Assembly (NCBI GenBank): GCA_051294905.1
Contig: CM119372.1
Coordinates: 40,178,001 to 40,242,000, forward strand
Length of the DNA stretch: 64,000 nt
Direction: 5' to 3'
Source of the DNA: Botryllus schlosseri
Lineage: Eukaryota
This document shows positions 36,701 through 48,200 of this stretch, piece after piece. Position 1 is the stretch's first letter. Each line of letters opens with the position of its first letter. A program made the position numbers and the translations under genes. The notes below the pieces were generated by a model that saw only the letters and a list, made by a program, of their open reading frames with translations, made no database searches and was not told where the DNA came from.

Positions 36701-38530
36701 GGCCGAACACACCCTAGACATGATGTCCAAACACGCCTCAGACACGATGTCCGAGTATCAACACAGGCCGAACACGCCCAAGACACCATGTCCGAATGAA
36801 TAATTGACCAGGATAATGGGAATTTTATCGAGCGATCATTCGGAACAATGCCGATTTTCAGATTTCAGACTTGGACGGCTATATTTCTGGGTGGTTCCGT
36901 TGACCTGCCAGCTTTAAAATTGTATTTCCGGAATAGCTTTTGATCAAGATCGGTATTGTTAAATTGGGGTTTCAAAGTTAATGTATGAGTTCGGCCAATA
37001 CTAATGTCCCTTGCATTTATTGCGGGTCGCCTGTGTTTGCCGCTGGGCTCATTTGACAAGGACCGTATTTCAAACATGACCAACCTTGTTAACATCGTGT
37101 CTGGGGGGGGGGGTGTTGGGACTGTGTTGCCAATCGCACATCGTGACTGGGACGTGTTCGGCATGTGCTGCCATTCAGACATTATGTCTGGGGCGTGTCG
37201 GTCTGTGTTGACACTCGGACATCGTGTCTGCGGCGAGTTCGGACATCATGTCTGGGGCGTGTTCAGCCTGTGCTATTGCCATTCAAACATGGTGTCTGGG
37301 GCGTGTTCGGCCTGTGTTGCCATTCGGACATGGTGTCTTGGGCGTGTTCGGCCTGTGTTGATACTCGGACATCGTGTCTGAGGCGTGTTTGGACATCATG
37401 TCTGGAGTATGTTCGGCCTGTGCTGCCAATCGGACTTCGTGTCTGGGCCGTGTTCGGCCATTCAAACATGGTATCTGGGTTGTGTTCGGTCTGAGTTGAC
37501 ACTCCGATATCGTGTCTGGGGCGTGTTCGGTCTGTATTGTCATTCGGACATGGTGTCTAGGGCGTGTTCGGCCTGTGTTGATACTCGGACATCGTGTCTG
37601 GGGCATGTTTGGACATCATGTCTGGGGTGTGTTCGGCCTGTGCTGCCAATCGGACATCGTGTCTGGGGCATGTTCGGCCATTCAAACATGGTGTCTGGGT
37701 TGTTTTCGGATCTATGAGTTGACTCTAGGACATCGTGTCTGGGGAGTGTTCGGTCTGTGTTGCCATTCAGAATAGTGTCTTGGGCGTGTTAGGCCTGTAA
37801 TGACACTCGTACATCGTGTCTGGCGCGTGTTTGAACATCATGTCTGGGGTGTGTTCGGCCTGTGCTGCCAATCGGTCATCGTGTCTTGGGCGTGTTTGGA
37901 CATCATGTCTAGGGTGTGTTCGGCCTGTGTTGCCAATAATCGGACATCGTGTCTGGGGCGTGTTTGGACATCATGTCTGGGGTGTGCTCGGCCTGTGCTG
38001 CCAGTCGGAAATCTTGTCTGGGGCATGTTTGGCCATTCAAACATGGTGTCTGGGTTGTTTTCGGATCTGAGCTGACACTAGGACATCGTGTCTGGGGCCT
38101 GTTCGGTCTGTGTTGCCATTCTGACATGGTGTCTTGGGCGTGATGTTAGGCCTGTATTGACACTCGTACATCGTGTCTTGCACGTGTTTGAACATCATGT
38201 CTGGGGTGTGTTCGGCCTGTGCTGCTATTCGGACATCGTGTCTGGGGCGTGTTCGGACATCATGTCTGGGGTATGTTAGGACTGTGTTGACGCTAGGACA
38301 TCGTGTCTGGGGCGTGTTCGGACATCATGTCTGGGATGTATTCGGACTGGGTTACCACTGGGAAGTCGTGCCTGGTACTGCAACTGACTTTATAGTGAAT
38401 ATAGCGACTATCCTTATTTCAAACATGACTATCCTTATTTCTGACATGACTATCCTCATTTCAAACATGAGACTCTCCTCATTTCAAACAAATCTGTCCT
38501 TATTTCAAACCAATCGAACCAACCCTGTAG
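33758..38530. mobile_element. Foldback-type element (4,773 bp) made of inverted minisatellite arrays
   Basis: 8-bp TSD CAAAATAT (33750-33757/38531-38538). The inverted match starts 6 bp inside each end (GGTTGGTTCGATTGG). ccgaacacgccccagacacgatgt-type arrays run on + to ~36798 and inverted from ~37040. Confidence 0.85.
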
Positions 38531-39222
38531 CAAAATATTATCTTACTGTGACCATATTCTATCAATATGGTCTGGCTAGCCAAATTCTCTGGGCCAACAT
38601 AAACAAGCTGCGTTTGGTTTCAACGATCAATAATCTTGTCACTATATTCGAGGTATAATTGCACTCAAATACCAAATTTTGCTCCATTAATCAACATCAA
38701 GTTGAAAATGTCCATTCTTGCACCAACTTGTATAAAATCACGAATCAGTGTTCTACAGGTATGTATCTATATGACTTATATACATAGAAAATACAAGCAT
38801 AAATATTATGATATACCGTAGGTATAGGTACCGGTAATTCAGATGTTTGAAGCGACTTGGAAAACTAGATAATTATAGTGGTCCAATTTCACTAAATTAG
38901 AGCGAAATGCCAGCAATATAATTGTAATCTAATTCGGGAAAAACGGTTTAGCTCTAATTCTAGCCTGGAAAAGCTGAAACTTTTCTATACCGTAGTTGTC
39001 TATCGTAGAGATCACGTTAACCCTTTATATTATAATTTAAAAATCCTGAAAATTGATGATATTTACAGATTTGAAGTCGGCATTCTGATGCATAAGTTCT
39101 ACAATAACACCCTACCTGACATTTTCTCGAACTACTTTACACCTATCAGTGAACACCATTCTCATTTTACAAGAGGTTCTGTTATGAATCTGTATTTACC
39201 TAAGGCCCATCACAAAACCATT

Positions 39223-42200
39223 AGTAGTTAGTATGATCGGTCGTGACGGGCTATGGGCTCTTATGGGTGCGGTCGCACATCGTATGGAAAACTCGTGGTG
39301 GCACATCGTACTTTTTGACCCCCCTCTCGGTCGCACATCGTAATGCGTTCTTATGGGTGCGCTCGCACATCGTACTTTCAGGTATAGGCATCTGTCGCAT
39401 ATCGTATTGAAAACTCGTGTTGGCACATCGTACTTTTAGGTATAGGCATCTGTCGCACGTCGTACTTTCGCATGTCGTATTTCGCGTATAGGCAGTGGTG
39501 GTGATTCGCCATGTGTTCTTATGGGTGCGTCGGCATATCGTACTTTCGGGTATAGGCGGCGGCGGCACGGTGTTGAATATGTATCGGGTATGGTAAATAG
39601 TCACGTGATTGCTCCTTAGTTAATGTGTATATCCCAAATTATTATATATGACCGGTCCGAGTTGATCCTAGCGTTTACGGTGAGTGCGACTTCGATATAT
39701 CGTTATTCTTATGGGCGCGGCGATGATTCGTACTTTCGTTGATAGAATGCTAGCGGCATGTCATACTTTCAACAAAAAGGGTGTGAAATAGTTTGCTAAA
39801 TCTAGGAATCAGTCGCTTGGTAATTAGTTTACCACGGAGCCGGCGTAGACGGCGATTCCAATACCAACAATAGCCGCGTTCACATATTAACACTCCAAAT
39901 AGGTGTGAAATAGTTTGCAAACCCGGCGATCGCTGACAAGATAATGTCTCAGACATACGCGACTTGATGTTACAGGCATATCGATCGCTCACGCGGTGAA
40001 ATTCTCGTAAGCAGTTTGTCACAGAACTTGATTTCACTCGTAAAGATTTAATAAGTAACGAATAACAGACCGCCAGTGTCGGTAACTTGAATAGCGACAA
40101 ATTGTCACTTATTTCTACTCTAACCCTAATCCTTTGTGAAGTGTACGCTTATTCAAAAAAGTGCGACATAATTCTAAAATCCTACGATCGCTCACAAGAT
40201 AACACCTATAAGACATAACCATCTCTCGTGACTTGTGGTTACATACATCGCAATCGCTACAATGTAATATGTTGGTAGTTTGGTGCAGAACTGGATTTCA
40301 CGAGTCTGATACAATAAGAATATTACCTATTAAGTAATAAGCACCGAATAACAGAACCGTCGCAGACGGTGACTTGAATGTCCAAGATTTGATACTTTTC
40401 GCGATCGCTATATGTTTCACGTTGACTTTGGTTGCGTGATGCGAATCATGAGAATATTCAATCAATGTGTCAATTTGTCAACTTGAAATGAAACTCACTA
40501 CACAAACCAAGTTGATTCATATTTGAATGTGTTGATCCGGTACAACTCTAATCCTTTGAGAAATCCATTTACCGCGATCAGTTGATTCGAACGTAACTTG
40601 AATATTGCTGACTCCAACTTCAGTCGCATCGAATTATTCACACATTCCACGCTGCTGTTTTCACACCTATAGAATCAATACCAACTAACTAAACAAGAAT
40701 CAAGAGTCACAAGTATGTGCATTATACAGTTATTATCTTTATAAACATGAATTTAAACTCTTAACAAAAACACACAACTAATCATTCGCCAGCTCTAACA
40801 TTATCAAAAAAATTCCAGTATTGTTGATTGAAAATCCTTGAACCTGTATTATTAAGAGTATTATAGCACGACGTCGGAATCCACTCGCGAGGTGTACTAA
40901 AGGTAAATTCAGATAATCCAGAATGAAATATTTTGACTTTGACATAGTGTGAATTGAAATAGGATTGACAAACATGAGTAACAACTTTCAACCCGGTCAT
41001 ATTTAGAGATTATACGCACATTGATTCGAAACAAGTAATGAAACATTACAACTCTATTCGCGACCTGTCTTTACGTTTGTCAAAGAGAGTTTCAGAAATA
41101 TTATCACTATGACATCTCAACATTTTAACATCTTGCCATCAACAAAAGAGTAAAATACAAAAACCTTGTCAAGTCAATCCGTTTGTAACTCACCGAACCA
41201 AAGCAAAAAGTGTCCATACGAAAAGTAGACAAGACTACGCAAGTAATCACTACAACCCACAAACATAGCAAGTTCGGTTTTAGGCATATGCCACCAACTC
41301 GTCTTTTTTGTTCAACTGTAAAAGTCGTTACTATGCCGCAAGACCAAGAAATTACTATGCGGTATATTTTGTAAGACAAAAGTAATTACTTCTCGGTGTC
41401 GGCGACTTGAGATTAACATAATATATTTGAGTATACGACATTTGAAAGTATGGCCATCGTAGTTTCTTACAATCGAACGCAGGTGTTATATCGAAAATTA
41501 TCGTGATGTAAACATAAGGATTGTCACATCGATTTAACATATGAGATTTTGTAATGGTCTATCATGACTTGATTATTAAATTATTCGCGTTAATTAGACC
41601 CGGCGTTGTTGTTGTAAAGGTTATTATGACAGCAACAAACTTTTCAGTACCGTTGTTATTAACATATTGAGTTGTAAAACTATGCGTGTCTGAAATGTTC
41701 TTGAATGGAAAATTATTCCACCTTGGTACATATCACCCTGCGTATCGCGGATATCAGAAAATATTTTACAAATGTAATTGTCTCCACTAACCGAGACTAA
41801 AGATGAAACAACAATTTCCTTTGTTAAACAATAACCGGTACAATACTTTATCATCGTAAACAGCAGTGAGAATTGAAACACTTTCGCACATTATCCGGTG
41901 TCAAGATATCGCACTAGGTGAATTGACATACCGCCGCTTGATTAATACCTAATCCATTCGCGCCATTTCACATACTTTGATCATTACAAAAGTAAATTGG
42001 AATATGTTTGCTAGATGCATTCAATTCAGTTAGAAATGTCTGGTACACAACAATCGTAATATCAAGGAAGTACTTGCTACGCTGTAATTCACTTAACGTG
42101 TTTTGTATTGTTGTTCATTTGTAGTATTGATTGTTTTTGAACCCCCAAATAATAATTCCCGACATGAAACCAAACCGCCGAAAGTCGTTACCATCACAAC

Positions 42201-45200
42201 GAAACAATCTGTACAATGTTTGCCAAATGTATCCTATAGTTAGGTGTACTAGAATTATTTGTCTAACACATACACCGACAATGCAACCGAAAATTTTTCC
42301 GTTATCATTCGCTAAAGTAAATGTCGTCACAATACTCATCAAGCTGTCATCTGTAAATCAAGATTACATCCAACTTGTAACTGTATCGTTTAACTACTGG
42401 GTTGCATCAGTTTGCTATTTTTGTCATTTAGTGACTGCTGAACATACCAAACGATACACATTCACTTACGAAATACTGTGTTGATCGTAATTTCAATCAT
42501 CGTGATAATCGAAGTACATTTGTTTCGAGTTCATAACAACCGACTACTTCTCTATGACATGACGAATTTTTGAAAAGTTATGCTTAGAAGATTGGTTGCA
42601 TATCGCGAAAAATAATATACCACTCATATTGATACTGTTACTCCATTGATCGATATTTTCAAACGAGTAAAATTTATTACTTGAGTTTCTCCGCTTAATG
42701 TAAATGAAAACTCAGCCGTCTTTTAACATCACAAAGACATTGATAAAAAGTAGGCAATCAAACACAACACTTTGTACGACACTAATTATTGTTCCACACA
42801 TCTCATTTCATACTAAGTGTATACGAAAGATATTCACGACACATGAAAATATTCCCATGCTACAAACCTGTACAATGATTGGTGGTGCTTTCAAACTGTT
42901 TCGATATCACAAGAACTTTATTGTCTGAACGGGTGTTCATGTATCTTAATAATCAACACAGAACTAGTACTAACAGAAACATCAGAGTTGTTTACACAAA
43001 AGTTTGTATGTGTACAGTATGCGAATACCATGTGTAAGTCCAGCACAATTGCGGTATCCATCCGAGTTTAGTTAACACAAATTTATTACAACGGAACCAC
43101 GTAAACTTTCGTGAAAGAAAAGCATACTCACTTCCAGAGGGTTATGTCAATACCATAGCAGTAAATCAGCTACTCCAACAAGAAAGTACATATGTTTTCT
43201 AGTCACGGTCCTTCCATCTTTCACATTGATCAATCTACTTTGCTAACGAAAAGTGCTGAGTCATCACATGATTGCCCTCACAACAAAACAGCTAGTAGAT
43301 ATTATCATACAAAAATATTCCTAACCCTTTGAGCACCTGTGACAAATCATACAACGAATATGTTTTGTGGGTCGAATTGTTGTTCAGTGTCAAGTCTACC
43401 TGTTGAAACGTACATTAAAACAACACAGTCACAATTCAATTAAAACCACGAATCTATTTTCATTTCGTCACATACAGAAAAATAAATTTTCTTTCCCAAC
43501 ACATACTTGTAACCAATCGCTTTCATTAAACACACAACTTCATAAAAGTATTTACTTTCTACAACATAGACATTCCGATGTAGTCAAGAAATATTTTTAT
43601 TAATCAAAATCATCGATTTCTGTTTACGGCGTTAGTGTGTGCATGTCATATATGTGGGATCCGTATTAAAATGGACACGACGCGACTGAATGTAAGGAGA
43701 TAGAAGTCTATCGCATAGATTTACATGTGGTCTTCGCTACGGTTTCAAAAAACTAATCATCGCTTTTGCATTGATCGAGACCGAGCAAGTTAGTTAATGG
43801 CCATGATTGTGTTTGTCATATGCGAATGATAGGGTTACTGTCAAATCTACATACAACAACCTTCTGGCACTCATAATAGCAATTTCATTCTCTCCTTTCG
43901 TAATTGTAGACTCACGACAAGTATATTGTACAACTCGACAGCTACGTTTAACAACACCAACGACACTAAACATACGATACCTACCCAAGTAAAATTACCA
44001 TTTTCACCTAGAGGTCAGCCGTTACCTGAGTAAAAATACCATTATTCTTTGGAGATTTATCGTTTAATCAGAGTAACAAAACATTTTCACTTGGGGGTCC
44101 ATCGTTTCCCAGAGTAACAAGCCCCCTTTCCTTTGGGAATCTATTTTGTTCCGTGGGTAACAAATCTTTTTCACTTGGAAATATCTTTTTTCCTCGGGTA
44201 ACAAACCTTTTTCGCTTGGAAACATATTTTTTCCTTGAGCAACAGACCATTTTTACTTGGAAATATAATTTTTCCTTGAGCAACAGACCATTTTTACTTG
44301 GAAATATAATTTTTCCTTGAGCAACAGACCATTTTCACTTGGAAATATATTTTTTCCCTGAGCAACAAACCATTTCACTCGGCGGGTCGTCGTTTACCTG
44401 AGTAAAATATCATTTTTCTTTGGAGATCTGGCGTTTACCCATTGTAACAATACATTTTCACTTGGAAATCTGTCGTTTACCTGAGTACCAATACCGTTTT
44501 CACTTGGAAATCTATCTTTTCCCTGGGTAACAATACCCTTTTCGTTTTTGAAAACTGACAACCACACCGGTCAATTTGATATTTTTTGTATATTGTTACA
44601 ACAGACAGCGACAAAATATACACCAACAACGACTCCGATACATGTGTCTAATCAAATATTCACTTGCTCTGATGCATCCCATCAAAATCATTGGTTACTC
44701 ACATACAATAACAATGTGCTGTTGTACATCGACATGTATGTTTTCGGAATTGGTGAATAAAGGGGTTTCCGATATGTCCGTGATGTCCGGGTTTGTGCTT
44801 TGGATTTTCCAGAGTCAAAATGTCTGAATAAAACACCTCCTTGACGATGGTTGGTATGTGGATAATGGTGTTCGGAAAACGGATGAATTTATGTTCCCCA
44901 TCGCGCTGACAGCATCGGGTTACTTGTGAGTTTCCTCGGGTCAGTTTACTATATTGTGTCTTTACTGGTCAATACATGTCGCTCCAGTCAGCTGAAACCG
45001 GATCACCAATATGAGAAAGTGTGGGGGCCGGATCCGGATATTCACTCATGACCCAACGACCGATATTCAAGTAAACATGTTACAGACCGTGTTTTGTCTC
45101 CATGAAAAATACCAATGCATACACCATCACATCAAGTACGTCACGATTGTTCACAAGTATTCGCGTAAACCAGGTGTACATACAATGTGTCGGTGTACAA

Positions 45201-48200
45201 ACATCACGGAAAACAAATTCATGTTCTCAAGTCTCATCATGCGACGACTCTGGACATTCAATGTGGGCATAGATGACACACGATATGATACAATGGATAG
45301 TGCATTATGCATACCGATATATTCTCAGTCAAATATGCGAACCATACACAACCATATACCCTGATTTTCGCTGAATATCCACAACACCAACAAATCTGTA
45401 CATTTCTTTTCCCTTGACCTCGATGATAGAGTTGTCATCCCAATGTACCAATCGAGTGTATGGTTCATCAGGTGTAAAATCCAAATCAAATGTCACCAAG
45501 GTATCGTTTTTCATTTTCAATATTTCCACCGCTGCATCTTGTCTGTGTCGTAAAACCACGGTGTGGGGCCAGAGGAATCTGTGGAACGTTACGCATAGTC
45601 CCATATTCACTCGTGGATATAGTCAGGTAACGACAACGTTTTCTCAATGGTCTGTGTGGGTACACCGTTTCAATACGTAGCTGGATCAACTAGACCAAAA
45701 GTTTCCAACCGCGGTTTATGTTGACCTGTAGAATTACGAGACATCGCCCTCTTGTGGCGTGATTAACACGAAATCAGTCTTCGACTCGCAGAGATTCACC
45801 TTGGATTACATTATCAAATCGTAATCGAACTCGAGATTCACACACACACAGAGTCCATGTTTACGATTTCAATGCGGAGTCACTGCTCACGATGTTTATC
45901 TGTAGTCGTTATGTGGGAGTAGCGACATCTGACATATTCATCGCGTGAAAGATTGATACGATGGTGATCGACAAATACATTATGTCGGGTGAAACACTGC
46001 GGTCTCGGCGAAAAAGTTAGCAGGTTATGACCAACAATGCGCAGGGATTGAGTGAGTTACGCAACACGATTATATCGAGGTCTTGATCACGATGCAAGTC
46101 TACCTGAGAATCCGAACAATCTTGCAAAATCAAGATGTGAACCCGTGAAAGGGTTGCACTCGTGTGAGATTGATTTTTCACAAGTTGGGTGGAGGTCGGT
46201 TCATACTAAGACCATGTTACGTCCAAATATGGCTGCTTACCTGTCTCCAAGTCATCTATGCCCATATTGAATGTACAGAGTCGTCGCATGATGAGACTTG
46301 AGAACATGAATTTGTTTTCCGTGATGTTTGTACACCGACACCTTGTATGTACACCTGGTTTACGCGAATACTTGTGAACAATCGTGACGTACTTGATGTG
46401 ATGGTGTATGCATTGGTATTTTTCATGGAGACAAAACACGGTCTGTAACATGTTTACTTGAATATCGGTCGTTGGGTCATGAGTGAATATCCGGATCCGG
46501 CCCCCACACTTTCTCATATTGGTGATCCGGTTTCAGCTGACTGGAGCGACATGTATTGACCAGTAAAGACACAATATAGTAAACTGACCCGAGGAAACTC
46601 ACAAGTAACCCGATGCTGTCAGCGCGATGGGGAACATAAATTCATCCGTTTTCCGAACACCATTATCCACATACCAACCATCGTCAAGGAGGTGTTTTAT
46701 TCAGACATTTTGACTCTGGAAAATCCAAAGCACAAACCCGGACATCACGGACATATCGGAAACCCCTTTATTCACCAATTCCGAAAACATACATGTCGAT
46801 GTACAACAGCACATTGTTATTGTATGTGAGTAACCAATGATTTTGATGGGATGCATCAGAGCAAGTGAATATTTGATTAGACACATGTATCGGAGTCGTT
46901 GTTGGTGTATATTTTGTCGCTGTCTGTTGTAACAATATACAAAAAATATCAAATTGACCGGTGTGGTTGTCAGTTTTCAAAAACGAAAAGGGTATTGTTA
47001 CCCAGGGAAAAGATAGATTTCCAAGTGAAAACGGTATTGGTACTCAGGTAAACGACAGATTTCCAAGTGAAAATGTATTGTTACAATGGGTAAACGCCAG
47101 ATCTCCAAAGAAAAATGATATTTTACTCAGGTAAACGACGACCCGCCGAGTGAAATGGTTTGTTGCTCAGGGAAAAAATATATTTCCAAGTGAAAATGGT
47201 CTGTTGCTCAAGGAAAAATTATATTTCCAAGTAAAAATGGTCTGTTGCTCAAGGAAAAATTATATTTCCAAGTAAAAATGGTCTGTTGCTCAAGGAAAAA
47301 ATATGTTTCCAAGCGAAAAAGGTTTGTTACCCGAGGAAAAAAGATATTTCCAAGTGAAAAAGATTTGTTACCCACGGAACAAAATAGATTCCCAAAGGAA
47401 AGGGGGCTTGTTACTCTGGGAAACGATGGACCCCCAAGTGAAAATGTTTTGTTACTCTGATTAAACGATAAATCTCCAAAGAATAATGGTATTTTTACTC
47501 AGGTAACGGCTGACCTCTAGGTGAAAATGGTAATTTTACTTGGGTAGGTATCGTATGTTTAGTGTCGTTGGTGTTGTTAAACGTAGCTGTCGAGTTGTAC
47601 AATATACTTGTCGTGAGTCTACAATTACGAAAGGAGAGAATGAAATTGCTATTATGAGTGCCAGAAGGTTGTTGTATGTAGATTTGACAGTAACCCTATC
47701 ATTCGCATATGACAAACACAATCATGGCCATTAACTAACTTGCTCGGTCTCGATCAATGCAAAAGCGATGATTAGTTTTTTGAAACCGTAGCGAAGACCA
47801 CATGTAAATCTATGCGATAGACTTCTATCTCCTTACATTCAGTCGCGTCGTGTCCATTTTAATACGGATCCCACATATATGACATGCACACACTAACGCC
47901 GTAAACAGAAATCGATGATTTTGATTAATAAAAATATTTCTTGACTACATCGGAATGTCTATGTTGTAGAAAGTAAATACTTTTATGAAGTTGTGTGTTT
48001 AATGAAAGCGATTGGTTACAAGTATGTGTTGGGAAAGAAAATTTATTTTTCTGTATGTGACGAAATGAAAATAGATTCGTGGTTTTAATTGAATTGTGAC
48101 TGTGTTGTTTTAATGTACGTTTCAACAGGTAGACTTGACACTGAACAACAATTCGACCCACAAAACATATTCGTTGTATGATTTGTCACAGGTGCTCAAA

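Noticed and set aside
33940..38340. CRISPR-like regular repeats
   Set aside because: No unique spacers, no cas genes and a eukaryotic context. They are degenerate tandem units inside a foldback element; the same applies to 18600-20210 and 44010-44545.
33905..38400. Dozens of overlapping Cys/His-rich ORFs
   Set aside because: They are translations of a minisatellite, open in many frames on both strands, with no sign of a real gene.
40118..40135. Telomere-like CTAACCCTAA
   Set aside because: Only about one and a half units, compatible with chance.
39750..45000. Short ORFs in the palindrome arms as functional genes
   Set aside because: All are under 120 aa, many start at non-ATG codons, and no motif was recognised. 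They were not annotated as CDS.
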